DNA of 63,469 nt, filler included, from Reticulomyxa filosa (GCA_000512085.1; 17 parts of 17 records of this genome joined end to end with filler, not necessarily neighbours in it), one strand, 5' to 3'. Positions 13,040 through 25,984 are shown, numbered from the whole stretch's first letter. Numbers and translations are program-made. Notes: generated by a model from the letters alone, not told the origin.

Positions 13040-13437
13040 TTGATAATTCGAACGAGAACATACTTAACACACCATCAATGAAGGGCATGAAAATGGTAAG
13101 CACACCTTTTTTATGCATGTACAGAGACGATAGTTTGGAACTTACCAATGCTGAAATCATCGAACAGGTTCGAAGCTGTTTGATACCGCCCAAAATGCCC
13201 TTGGTTTCAATGCACAAATTTGCAAAAATTAGACAAATTGAGGAATGGGATTTACAAAAAGATCTTTCACAACAGTCCGTGGACACTTGGAAAGGCACCG
13301 TTCGAGTGATACGCGAACCTGCTGAAACATCAACATCCAAACGCACAGGAGATACCAGAAACCAACACAACTTATACAGAATTGAGATTGTATTTGATTG
13401 TGAACTTTCTCTCAATAATGGCTCTGAAGAACTATAA
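11154..13437 (+). CDS. Unknown protein with N-terminal hydrophobic segment; spliced and frameshifted
   Basis: Collinear plus-strand ORFs 11133-11537, 11577-11930, 11986-13008, 13078-13437. GT-AG intron 11481-11543. Reading-frame breaks near homopolymers at ~11880-11915. TM-like YSAVFVGVLVGIPVGF. No family recognised. Confidence 0.55.
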
Positions 13438-13879
13438 AAAAAAATGGTGAGATATAACAAAGCTTTAAGAAAATATGAAATTTTTGGAGATTAAATCTGA
13501 AACTTTGGTTATGTGTCAAAGAAACAGTAATAAAGGGTAGCCTTCACATTTGGTGAAGACAAAAAAACAAAAGTTCTGAATTAAGCAATGCTTTACCTTC
13601 TTCTTTGGCTCACCTTACATTGTGTAACTTTGAGTACAAGAAAAGAGATTGAAAATTACATTCATCAAATCATCAATTTCAAAAATGATAACAATTATTT
13701 CGAGTTTTTTTCTTTTATTTTGATTTTGTTCAAACGATCAATATATTTTCAATTGCTACTGTTTGATGTCCACTCAGATAGTTTGCTTCGTTGGTGGTCT
13801 ACAAGTTACGGCACTATTTTCGGCCATGTGTATACCACATACTCAATGCTTGCGCCATCTAGAGCCAATAATATGTTCA

Positions 13880-14127
13880 GATGATGATATGTATCACAAT
13901 ATCGATATCCAGTAATCTTTTGAATATTGTTTTTAAAAGTAGAAATCAATGGAAATACGTACGTGAAATTACGAAGTTCGGCATTTCAGCAATTAGTTAT
14001 AAAAGTCGATCGAAAGTATGTGTGTCATATAGAAAAAAAAAAATACACTAATGATATATGATGAAGTTTTATATCGATATATCGATATACAATAAACTTT
14101 GAAATGTTGTTTTCAAAAGTAGAAATC
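13880..14127. repeat. Imperfect direct repeat, ~180-nt spacing
   Basis: atatcgatat..ttgaa..tgttttYaaaagtagaaatc ends at ~13947 and again at 14127 (contig end). Confidence 0.6.
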
Positions 14128-15866
14128 NNNNNNNNNNNNNNNNNNNNNNNNNNNNNNNNNNNNNNNNNNNNTTAATTAATTAANNNNNNNNNNNNNNNNN
14201 NNNNNNNNNNNNNNNNNNNNNNNNNNNAAAATTGGAAAATTCTTTATACGTACAACTTTTTTTCGCAAAAAACTTAAGGAGTTTCTATTACTCGAATAAT
14301 TTTGTCTGCATATGTCGACGCAAAATGGCATGAATCAAAACTATTGTCATTATTTTTTAACCGATAGCAGAGACGACAAAAGTAGACTTCTGATATTTGG
14401 AGTATTGTTTGAAGTATTTAATTTTTCAAAGATAAAGTAAAATTATTGATTTGATGATAATATGATAGAAAATTTGCGAAATTTAATTTAAAAATAATAA
14501 ATTAATGATCTAAATTTTTTTTAAAAAAAAAACCAAACAATTTTGCAATGTAAATGTAACAAAATTTTAAAATTGCCATTTAATGAAAAACAAATCACAT
14601 TTTGATTATGGTTATAATAATGATATGATGAAAATCTCAAACTTAAAAGATGATAAATGTTTTATCATCAAAAAAAAAAGGTTTTTTTTAGTTTTAATTT
14701 TTCAAAAACTGTTTTTTAATTAACATGGAAGAACGAAGTTCATATTGGATCAAAAAATGATTTATGAAAATATTTATTATGAATATATCAATTCGCTCAC
14801 TTTGTCGATCCAAACAAAGTACGAACTAAATACTAATAATTTCATCATTTCAGTATTGTATGTATTATTTGACTGTCCCATTGCTTTTTACACCATGCAC
14901 AATTTTTCATTATTGGATGGGATATTCTCTGCTGGTCTTGTTTTCCAATAAAGTAGCATAATAGCTTTTTTTGCAAACTACTGTAATGACAGTGTCATTG
15001 TTTCATCAAAAATGATAACACAAAGTTTGTTTTTTGAAAAGAGCTATATATTAATAATTTAAAAGTAATATTTGAAATCAAAAGAATATCAATTAGTTAC
15101 TAAATATTTAAAAGTAACATAATTTATGCTTATTCGTTGAATGATCATGAATTCAATAAAAGCGTTACATCTTTTTAACATGCATCAGATAGTAAAAATG
15201 TCTATTTCAAAATATACATTGACACAAAGATCACAACATTATGTTAAATGTTTTTTTGCTAATAAAGAATTGTCTGCATAGAATAAGACAATTATTTTAG
15301 ATGTTTTCTTTTTCGTTGTTACTAAAAAAAAAAGTATCATATATTTTTTCTTGAAGAAAAAAATTTGTTCCTTTTTTGAGGCTCAAACTAAAAATAACTT
15401 TTTGTGTTCAATATATCGTGTGTATAGCATAATAATCTATTAAAAAATGTAGTACAATCATTTCATTTAGAAAAAGGGGGAGTTCCAACATAATCATCAT
15501 CATCATTGCCATCAGTAGAACAAAATGCTTTTTTTTCTTTTGTCGCAGTTTTTTGATAGTAGTCTCAACACATTTTTCGTAATTTTTTTGTGTCTTTTGG
15601 ACAAAGCATTCACAGAAATGAAAATGAAAATAAAATAAAATAAATATGCAATTGTATCTATTCTCGAGAAAACTTTCCTGTTATTCATTTTGCGTGCAGG
15701 AAATATTATTTATTTAAAAGGCAATTTTATTTGTCATTGCACATCTTAAAATATTATTGTAAAACTTTAGTGTCACCATGGCTACATGTACCAAAAATTT
15801 TTGTTCGTACAGCCTTTTAGGGAAATACATAAATTTGAATCCTCATAGAATAGACTGATTAGAAGC

Positions 15867-16190
15867 ATGTCTCTAGTAGTTGAATCTGGATTGTTGCAAG
15901 CATTTCCATATATCTCTTCAAAAACACAAAATGTGGACGAGTCTTTGAAAGGCTTGTTTGAGTCTTCGCTTGGAGTGTTACTAGGACGTCGCCAAAGCAA
16001 GAAGCGACAAAAACCATTATTGGACAAGTTCCAAACGGAATTGTTCACAATGATGCATCAAGCAAGTGACGAAGGAATAAAGCATTTTATGGAAAGCAAA
16101 GCACATCAATTGAATCGATTTTTAATCACGCTATTTATAGCGTCACTGCAATTATTTGCAAACGAAAGAGATCCCATCGGAAGTACATGA
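15867..16190 (+). CDS. Unknown helical protein exon or fragment
   Basis: 107-aa protein-like ORF with raised GC in an otherwise very AT-rich region. No motif recognised. Confidence 0.35.
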   Translation: MSLVVESGLLQAFPYISSKTQNVDESLKGLFESSLGVLLGRRQSKKRQKPLLDKFQTELFTMMHQASDEGIKHFMESKAHQLNRFLITLFIASLQLFANERDPIGST

Positions 16191-16859
16191 ATGGATAAAT
16201 GTAACTACAAAAAAAAAAGATAAATTTGAAAAGTGTATTGTCTTTTGTTATTTTTACTTTTTTATTTAATCTTTCTTGCGATTTCTGTGTTAGACAAGTA
16301 AAGTATTCAAATTAAACGATTGTAAAAAAAATAAGTTATAAAACTGTATGCCCACCATCAACAAATAAAAAAGAATCATTACAAAAAGTACTTTCGTCAG
16401 AAGCAAAAAACAGCAAAAGTGATATCTTCAGTAGTTCCGAAACGTTTAATAATTTTTTCTTCAGCATATTATGATGTCTGATTAGTTTCATATCATTAGC
16501 AAGTGCAACCAGGATAAACACATGTAATAATACAATTAAATTTATTAAATTACATATTTTTTTTTATGCTTGAAGTTATTTGGTAGTCAAAACGTAGTAG
16601 CTTTTTTTGGTGGTAAATTAGCAGACTGAAAAAGACACATATAACGTTAATTCTATCATCATAACATCAATATCTTCTTGGAGCGTGACAATGCTCTATT
16701 CTTTTTCTTTAGTTATTCCATGCTGTAATCAAAATTGATAAAAACAAGTTTGTCAATGTCTTGATTTGGATGAGAATAGAATTGATGGAGTTAAAAAGAA
16801 AAGAAAAAGAAACATGTTTAATATTATTAAAATTAGTGATGAGACTTGCGCCCATATCT

Positions 16860-17800
16860 GTGTGGCAAACACATAACTAAACAACTAATGAAAACCATTC
16901 TCCAATTGGAGTAGATGTGAGGACTAAAAAGAGAAGTAACAGAGAGACGCCAAAGAGGATGTCAAAAAGCAGCACCACAACAAAAGACAGACAAAGGACG
17001 AATACGAATGTGATAAGATCGCGGTCGTTCTTGTTTATCGTATCATACAGTTGGTACATACATTTGCGTATTCAATGCTGCGTAAAACAACGGTAATGAT
17101 AACAACAGTCCCCAATTGCCAATGTCTTCCCATTTTTTTTGCATGTTTGTTGCTGTCGCCAGTATGTAAAAATGATTGTGTTTGTGGACAGAAGAATGAA
17201 TGGTCAGTGGTATGAAGAGAACGACGAGTGATACCAATCCGTCCAACCAAAAGCTGCTCAGCCAATTTTGCAAATCCTTTCGATCAAGTATGTCGTGCAT
17301 GATCGTTGATATAAACTCCACCATGAACAATACCAGTACAACACTCTGCAAAATTGACATCAGTAGTAACAATCCAATACTCACATTTTCGTGTCTTTTT
17401 CTTATTGTGTATGATAACATATTTATTATTTTTTTTTTATTGATGAAATTGAAAACGTGCGCATACACATGAATATGTATTTACATATATATATGTATAT
17501 GTATATACTTGTAGCTATTAGTATTGGTTAAATAACAACTATGAGCTATGATAGCATGACAGTACATCATAACATGAGCAAAAAAAATGATTAGTACAAT
17601 TCCCATTTGACGCTGTCCTGACACACGAAATGTCCACGGTACTAATGTTGTTCCATTCAACAGTATTCTTATTATATTTGTCGCTGTTTCTGCGACCATT
17701 TATGTTTGAACTTGAAAACACCAGATCAATAGAGCTGAATATATCAACACATTGTTGTTACATTTTCATCATAACAATGTGAAGAATTTTCCAGAAAAAT
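16860..17800 (-). pseudogene. Degenerate multi-pass membrane protein
   Basis: Several hydrophobic helices in successive minus-strand ORFs (GIVLIIFFAHVMMY; IGLLLLMSILQSVVLVLF; GLVSLVVLFIPL; LITFVFVLCLSFVVVLLF), separated by an intron, frameshifts and stops. Confidence 0.45.
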
Positions 17801-18119
17801 CCTTTTTCTCGTGTCGTAATCATCTATTTCTTTTGTGTTTTTTCGTTTGCGTCCAATGAACCCAGATTTTTTTTTGATAAAAATATGTCAAGATATTAAA
17901 TGCAATATGTAGAAAAAGTATGGAAGCTGGCATTAAATGTAATGAAAGACTACCCCTTTTGCATAAACTTCAACAAAAACAAAAATAATTCAATGCAAAA
18001 AAAATCACAAAAGTTTATTGTTCAAACTAAATGGGATAAATAGTAATACAAAACTTGCAATTGTTTCTAGGTTTCATTTAGGGGTCTTATAATTGTAGTT
18101 TTTCAAATCGACAATTTCA

Positions 18120-18844
18120 ATAATGAACCTCGTAATCTTTGCCTCTAAGAGATGCAGTACTACTGCCATAACGCCAGATTCGTTTAGCAACAGTTGTTTG
18201 CGTGTGATAGACAGTCTCGATGACTGGATAAAATATTACAAGCTGCAGCACTGCATAAGCGAGAGCATACTGCACGAGACTGTAGTGAATGATATAGAGA
18301 CGTTGTGTTTAATAGACAATGGGAGATTACATTCGCAATCACAAAGGTTTATCCAACTTTTTAAAACAACTATATGCTTTCCCTCCCAATTTGTTCACGT
18401 TTTGGACATCACGCATTGCTTGCTCATCGCCAGGGCCATGCACAGATGCAGCGTGGAGCTTGCTTCCATACACGACTCTGCTTGGCTTACGCTTGTAATG
18501 TCGACAACTTGAGCAAATTTTGAGGGATGAGTTCATTCGTTTGCGCTCACAATCACTCTTACAACATTTGTATCAACCCTTTGTTACTGTGTCTCACTTG
18601 CAAACACCAAAGTCCGAGGCTATAGACTATGTCGACGACGACAGGAATGAGAAAGACTGTAAAGAAGGCCACGTCGATGACCAAGTTAAGGAAATTGAAA
18701 GAGATGCATTTGCGAATAATGCTCATGCGTGTCTTGTTCCATTGCATTGTATGCACGATCAAGTACACAATCTCGATGCCACGATAGATGGAGCACAAAA
18801 AGACCAAAAACATTTGCACAAAGATTATATCCACAAACACAAAG
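18120..18844 (-). pseudogene. 3' part of a frameshifted probable membrane protein gene
   Basis: Hydrophobic ORF 18559-18840 continues in shifted frames to ~18120. No family recognised. Confidence 0.3.
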
Positions 18845-19010
18845 NNNNNNNNNNNNNNNNNNNNNNNNNNNNNNNNNNNNNNNNNNNNTTAATTAATTAA
18901 NNNNNNNNNNNNNNNNNNNNNNNNNNNNNNNNNNNNNNNNNNNNTTTTTTTTTTTTTTATATATATGTACACATGCATATAAATATAAATTGTAATGAAA
19001 TTGGACACAG

Positions 19011-19847
19011 ATGTTCCCGAGTGAGTACAGCGAAGACGTGCAACAGGCATTGGAAGAACTGTTTCAAAAAGCAAGTGAAGAAATGATGGTAAAGGTATTG
19101 AAGAAACAAGCAAAGTTACAACGCAAGCTGATGCAAAACTCGAAAAAAAAAGGACATAAAAACGGAAGCAAAAATCGCTTGCCGAGATTCTTGGAATCGT
19201 TGGAACACTGTCTCGCTGACCCTGTTGGTTTTCATCACTTGGCCATTTATACGAATGAAAAACATCCGCAAGGTGTTCCCTTGCTGGAATTCCATCGAGC
19301 ATTCCAAATTTACCGATCCACACTCAACCCCAAAGTAAGGAAGGAAGTTGCTCACGAAATTTGTTCAGTGTTTTTGAAAGTCAACTCAAAGTTTTGTTGC
19401 TCTTCTTTGTTTAATGTTTATTTTTATTTTTTTATTTTTTTTTTTTTTGTTCGCACATGCGCAATTAAAAAAAAAAAAAAAAAAAAAACATGAACAAAGA
19501 CTGTACCTGAAAGGGGCTCCCTGCACAAATGCCGAAATTACCCGTCAAATGTCCACCGCAGATGCATTGAAAAAAGAATACCCGATGGATTTGTTTGATT
19601 CGATCCATGCCTGGGTCGTTCGACAGATTTCAAGAAATTGGAATACTTTCTGCACTACGACCATCCAGTTGCTTGCTTCCAACGAAACAATACCAGATCG
19701 AGACAGTGGACATACTGGGGGAGTCGAAAATGTGGAGAATATTGAAGAAGAAAAGGAAAGTGATCAAACGGATACAAAACAGACAACAACCACCAAACCA
19801 ATTAGCATAAAAGACATTGATATTGATACAAAAACTGACAGTGAATA
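19011..19847 (+). CDS. RGS (regulator of G-protein signalling) domain protein; 5'-partial
   Basis: SLEHCLADPVGFHHLAIY..LLEFHRAFQIYR..KEVAHEICSVFLK..LFDSIHAWVVRQISRNWNTF follows the RGS helical pattern. Intron 19391-19499. Confidence 0.8.
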
Positions 19848-20856
19848 AATCTTTTTTTTGGTTTGAATTTATGGTTTTTGGAAACACCAAAAAAAAACTT
19901 TCTTTTTCTTGAGACGGTGTTCACTTTTGTTTTCAGGATTTTTTCCCGTGTTCACTCCTTTCCTTGTTCCTACACTTGTATATCTTTAATAGCAAAAAAC
20001 TGGAGCAGAAAGGGGTTCGTGTTTTTGGTGTTGCACTTTTTTTTGCTGATACTGATAAACTTAGTGTTAGCAATATGGCATTACACTTTTTAGCTGTGGT
20101 GACGTCATTTTGTCTTTTTCCCAATTCTACTTTCGTCATACAATTTCGTGGTCCAGCAATCTTTCAACATCCATTACATTTTTTTTAAAAGAGGTACATA
20201 ACTTTATACCAGTATGTTGGAACACTAGATCTAAAAACTTCAACATTCTCTTGACCCTCAGTCACTCTTTTCTTTTGCTTTTCTTTATTTGTGTTTTCTT
20301 GTTAGATGCTCTTTTCTTAATGAAATAGATAAGATTTCTATTTCAACTCTGGAATTTTGGAATCTTGTTCTGGTCCTACCGTCATCTTTTTACTACCAAA
20401 ATATCTCGAGACAGTGACAATCGCAAGGAGAAAAAAAAATGTTTATTTTTCAATGTTTTAGCAAAGAATCCACCTGCTTGAAAAGGATAATCCATACACA
20501 TCGCCTTCAAAGTGCACCAGTATATCAATTGTTCAATTTCATTTCAAATCAATTTAACTTTCAATTTGCATTGCCAGTCCTCATTTAACAAATATACACG
20601 CTTCAATCGATCGCGTTTAAAATTCTTGAACAAATATTCGCAGATGTTATGAGCTTACTTAAAATCCTACTTTGTATTTACAACTTGTGACAGATCAATT
20701 TTTTCCAATTCATGTTCGTAATGATGGTTCGATCTTTTCAACTTGCGCTGTTACCTTGGCTGCCCCTTTTTTTTTTACTTTGCTTTCTTTTCTCTTTTAC
20801 AAAAAGTTGACTACTTTTTTTGTTGTATATTCTGTTAGTTGTTCGCAGTAACCAAA

Positions 20857-23780
20857 ATGACCAACAATGATCTCCAGAAAACCGTTTTGGAAGAGATATT
20901 CAGTGGGAAAAAAGGCGCGCAAGAAATGATTAATTTATTTGACGAGATTCGCTCTAAATTTCCCCTAGATAAAGACTTGAAAATACCGTCAATAGTTGTA
21001 ATTGGAGACCAATCACATGGAAAATCATCGCTATTGGAGCTTATATCTGGAATTGAATTACCAAAGGGAGAAGGTCTTTTTTTTATTCTCTTATCTCTTT
21101 CTTTAAAATGATACGCAATTAATTGTGAATTTTTGTAGGCATGGTAACACGTGTTCCTCTGGAATTACGGTTACGCAACATTGAAGAAAAAAAAACTGAA
21201 GATCAGCCTCCGATAATAAAAGACGAAATATTCGAAGATGAATATATTGAGATAGAAGTTCCTTGGCTCAATTCAGGCGATAAAAAACAAAAATTTTTGT
21301 TGAGTGAAACTGAAAAAGCGATTAAAGAGTATACACAAAAAGCAATCGACAAGGACGACAAACGAAGTGTCGCCGAAAAGCCAATTATAATGACCGTGTT
21401 TAAGAAAAATACATTAGATCTAACATTAATTGATTTGCCCGGTATAATTAGAAATCCTGGATTAAATGACGATCAATTAGCGCCTGATGTTAAATCTACG
21501 TATACGTCATTTCTCTTTTGGAACAAAAAAAAATCACTCCAAATTTTTTAAGACTGACCTAGTCTTTTTTTTGTTTGTTTGTATTCTTCGTCCATTGCAA
21601 AAAAAAAAAAAAATAATAATAATAATTAAATAAAAAACAAAGCTAATAAAAAAAATGATCAATCATTACGTTTCAAGAGAAGAAGTTATTATCTTGAATG
21701 TCCTCCAATGTGGTGATGATCCTCAAACATGTGAATCTATGCGAATTTCTTATCAGTTGGACAAGACATGGGCTCGTACACTGTTGGTTTATCAAAAATA
21801 GACAAAGAAGAAATCAGTAGTGTGATCAGCAAGTATAAGAATTTAATGACGAGCTATCAAGTTAAAATTGAAAACGTCTTTTTCGTTAGAAACAGATCTA
21901 ACGATGACGTGTACAAAGATAAAATGACGCTGCACAAAGCTCAACAACGGGAAGCTTGGTATTTCGAAAAAAATAAGGAAGATCTTAGTGAGATTCCAAA
22001 GCAGTGCCAAGGCTCTGTGAGATTGGCCGAAAGGTTACATGAATTGTTGAAAGCAGCGTTGAAGAAATTGTTGCCAGATATCTCACAAAGATTAGAAGCA
22101 AAGGAAAAGCAGTTGCAGGAAAAAAGAACAGTGCTTGGTGATGAAATTGAAGAAAAGGACAAACAAAGTCAATTGCGCCGTTTTTTAGAAGAAATATTCG
22201 ATCAATTGAATAAATCGATTAATGCAGAACCTCATGATTTTGCCTTGACTCCCACGTATAAAAAAAAAAATAAAAACGCATAATTCACAAAAAAAAAAAT
22301 AAAAATAAAATAAGTGATCGATCAATTAAACAAACAAAAACAATTAACTTAATCTTTGATAGACAAATTGCGAACAAAAAAGACATGCCAGAAACTATTG
22401 CTTCGTGTACTGGTCAAAGGCTTCGTGATTTCAAAAAAGATATTGTCGAGTGTCATTGCGATAGTACCTTTTTTGAAAAAGGATGGTTTAACGAACTTAT
22501 CGAAGCAAACCAAAAGTTTCAAAACTTTAGGCATATACCATCACTAACAAGCCCCTTTGTAATGAACAAAAAATTAGAAGCTTTGATTTTAAAATTTGAT
22601 GCACCTTGTTCCAGTTTTGCTCTGTGGTTGTCCCTGCTTTTTAAAAATGGTATACAAACAAACAAACAACAAACAAACAAAATAGAAATTGTTCAAAGAG
22701 TTGCACAAATTGTGAGGTCAGAAACAAACCATATCATTGAAAAAGTATTGGAACATTATCCAAATCTTTGCCTTGCAGTATGTGGAGAGTTCGAAGCGTG
22801 CTTGAAAAAGTGTGAAAGTATGTGCTTGTCACAGGTCAGGCAAATGATCGATATTGAGCTCTCAGCCAAATACACTGCAAACAGTGAATTTTATACTCTT
22901 GGGAGAGAGATTGGACAGCTTCTCTTACCAGATGATAAGAAACACGCAACATCCTATCCGTCGGTCCTAAAAATACGCTGCACAGAAGAGTGCAAATGCG
23001 ACTTTAGTGGCGTATACGTATCTGAAGCAAACTCAGAACCCCCACAGTATTACAAATTGTCCGCTGATGGCACATCATCACAAAATAGTTTTATTGTATT
23101 CGCACAACAATGGTATATTACAAAAGATCCGAACAAACCAAATGTGGACGGTAATGGAGTTATTACCAGTTACGATAACAACATCAATAACGTCAATCTC
23201 AATGCATTGACCAACCAGCTTAAAATTAAATCGGGGCAGACATATCAAATAATAAAGGATACCAAAATTATCCCAGTTTTGTTGCTTTTTTTTTTTACTT
23301 GTGGTAGCTGTTTTACTTTTATTGTATTTTATAATGATAGATCTCTTTTGCACCGTTACATAATTGGCGAGATAAATCAATTTTGTTTGATATCAACATT
23401 GGCTCAAATGAATTCGAACATTTCTCGAACGAACAAAAGGAAGTTGTCAAAGAGAGTGCCAGGATGTTTGCCTATTGGCACTTATTGAAAAAGCGCTTCA
23501 TCGATTTGGTGTGCAAACTTGTCATTTATCACTTGGTGCAAGCGTTGGCACAGCCTGAGAACAAAGTTTCTTTTAAATATTACAAAAAAAAAAAAGAAAA
23601 CATTATTTGTCGGCTTTTGTTGAATAGGGTAAGTTATATGACGAAATATTTGGAATATCGGACGTGATGGAACTCATGAAAGAAGACTACTCTCGAACAG
23701 AAGAAAGGAAGCGCGTTATCAAGGAATTGGAAGACATTGACAGTTGTCATCAAAGGCTTTATAAAATAGCCAAGTTTTGA
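20857..23780 (+). CDS. Mx-like dynamin-family GTPase
   Basis: G1 [31 protein letters not shown], G2 [10 protein letters not shown], G3 LTLIDLPGI, G4 SKID, VRNRS, stalk, GED AYWHLLKKRFID..LMKED..EERKR. Exons 20857-21073, 21139-21488, 21643-22255, 22363-22613, 22686-23275, 23341-23565, 23628-23780. One 1-nt homopolymer frameshift at ~21790. Confidence 0.93.
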
Positions 23781-25149
23781 AAGGTACACTGTTAATTATT
23801 AGTTGGACTTTGTAAGTTTTTCAATTTTTTTTAAAGACTAAAGAAATAACACAAAATTGTTATTTTGCTGATAATTATACTTGTAATTGAAAATATTTTG
23901 AAACAAGGCGGAAAAGTTAATGTTGTTTTGTGAGTTATCTTTTTTCTAATTCTAACAAGTTCTAAAATGATGTTGTAATATATTTATGAATTTAGTTTCA
24001 ACTTGACTTAACAACCATTTGAATTCTTGCAATATCTTCGAATACAGTGATGCAGTGGTTGTCGTGAAAAGATTGTTCTAAGTGTAATACGAAAGAGTAC
24101 TGTCGTAGCAAGTCTTTCTGCAGAAATAAATAATAATGTTAAATCAAAGAAAAACAATGCAAGCAGGAGAAATTAAGAATTAGAAGAAAAAGGAGAATTC
24201 AAGATTTACTTGAATCTTATAAACAATCAGTAGGCCTCACCCTACAACAGATTTTAGATCTGGGTCCGAACTTGTAGTGCTGTATTGATATTTCGCGTTA
24301 CATTGTTTCTTTTTTTCTTTTCTTTACATGTTTACTTTTCGCATCCTTAATATATTAATCAATTTTACAAAGTTGCTTTCTGATAATATTCACTGTCACT
24401 TGTAATCTATCTATAATTTCGTATGTTACAAGAAACTTAATGCAATTTGTCTTTGTTTCCATGCTAATAGTCACCTGCATATAGTAATACTTTGTCACTA
24501 ATTTCAAACGAATTATAATGTGTATCACATAACTGAGATTTTTGCATTATCGCGTATTTATTCCTTCATAATAAAATTGTGGTGTTTCTTGATTGAAATG
24601 ACAACAAGCAAAGAAGAACATAGCATCAATGACTCTTACAATGAACTGTAAGACGTCAGCCAGAAAAGAGTTCGCACTAAATGTANNNNNNNNNNNNNNN
24701 NNNNNNNNNNNNNNNNNNNNNNNNNNNNNTTAATTAATTAANNNNNNNNNNNNNNNNNNNNNNNNNNNNNNNNNNNNNNNNNNNNTTTTTTTTTTTTTTG
24801 TTCATTCAATGATCCAAAAAAGGTGGAGGAGGCAACGAAGATTTGAGCCACATTAACATGACGGGGTACACCCCACAAGAGTGAAATGATAAAAAAAAAA
24901 AAGCTTGAAGAAAGTCAAACATATACATATACATATATGTATATATAAGTATATTATATATACATATATATTTTAAGTGAAAATCGTGCCAAATGGCAGT
25001 AACTACGAAAGCATGAATTCAAAAAAAAAAAACCAACCACGCACAACAAACATTTGTAAAGCAATGAGTTCCCTTTTTTTTTTTTTTTTAATATTTGTGG
25101 CAACAGATAGGGACGGGGAAAAAAAAAAAAAATAAATAAAAATAAACAA

Positions 25150-25803
25150 TTAATTTTTCCCTTCATCTTCTTCTTTCAAGCTTACGTCAGCCTCTTCATC
25201 TTTAAGACGATTGTTATTGACAATGTAAGGATTCATGTCAGGGTAGTCTGATTCTCCACTACTTTCTTTACTGTCTCGAATAACATCCAATTGCTCTTGT
25301 AAAAACTGACTTTTTTGTTGGGCATGTTTTTTGTCAGCGCCATGTGCCCCTCCTTGCACCTGCGCTTGCACTTGTATTTGGGATTGGACTGGTGGTACTT
25401 GCGCTGCTTTAGCACCAGACGCAACGGAAGCAATAGCAGAAGAAGAAGAAGAAGAAGAAGCAGAAGCAGAAGAAGCAGCAGCAGCGAGATGCTGTTCTTC
25501 ATGCAACGCTTTTTCGTCGTTAACATCTGGGGCGGCAATATCTTCTCCGTTTTCAATAACTCCATCCTCTTCGTCCTCCTCCGGTTGATGTTCGACAAGA
25601 TACTCTCCACGGTCCTCTTGGGCTTCGGCGACAAGAGGGGCCTGCAGTTCGTCAACCTCTGCTTCCTCTTCGCGAGGCAGTTCGTTGGTGGTTATGTTTT
25701 CGCGTTTCTTGGCCTTTTTGGCAATGTCTTCTCGGTCTTCCGCCCCCCAGTGCAGTACTTCTTCGTTGACATTGTTCGCATTGTCCAAACTGTTAGCATT
25801 CAC
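25150..25803 (-). CDS. Acidic low-complexity protein exon (fragment)
   Basis: 217-aa E/D/A/S/Q-rich ORF with coding-like GC, flanked by intron-like T/A tracts. Confidence 0.55.
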   Translation of the reverse strand: MNANSLDNANNVNEEVLHWGAEDREDIAKKAKKRENITTNELPREEEAEVDELQAPLVAEAQEDRGEYLVEHQPEEDEEDGVIENGEDIAAPDVNDEKALHEEQHLAAAASSASASSSSSSSAIASVASGAKAAQVPPVQSQIQVQAQVQGGAHGADKKHAQQKSQFLQEQLDVIRDSKESSGESDYPDMNPYIVNNNRLKDEEADVSLKEEDEGKN

Positions 25804-25984
25804 AAAAAAAAAAAAAAAAANNNNNNNNNNNNNNNNNNNNNNNNNNNNNNNNNNNNNNNNNNNNTTAATTAATTAANNNNNNNNNNNNNNNNNNNNNNNN
25901 NNNNNNNNNNNNNNNNNNNNATATGTTGCATGCAAAAAAAAAAAACAAAACAAAAAAAAAAGTACTTTGAAATGTGAATAGAAA

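Noticed and set aside
18339-18580. Possible MYND-type zinc finger (CCKSDC..KICSSCR..YGSKLH)
   Set aside because: Ligand set is incomplete and the region is frameshifted; cannot be supported.
20130-20300. Chromodomain-like VERLLDHEIV on the minus strand (retroelement relic?)
   Set aside because: Too short, surrounded by stops, and no RT/integrase motifs nearby.
21780-21805. Euplotes-like programmed frameshift at AAA-TAG in the Mx-like gene (and shifts at ~57232, ~40200, ~41665, ~29680)
   Set aside because: Most are repaired by one base in a homopolymer run, restoring conserved motifs (RTLLVLSKID, GINYFD). This is typical of 454-type error, and there is no shared shift motif.
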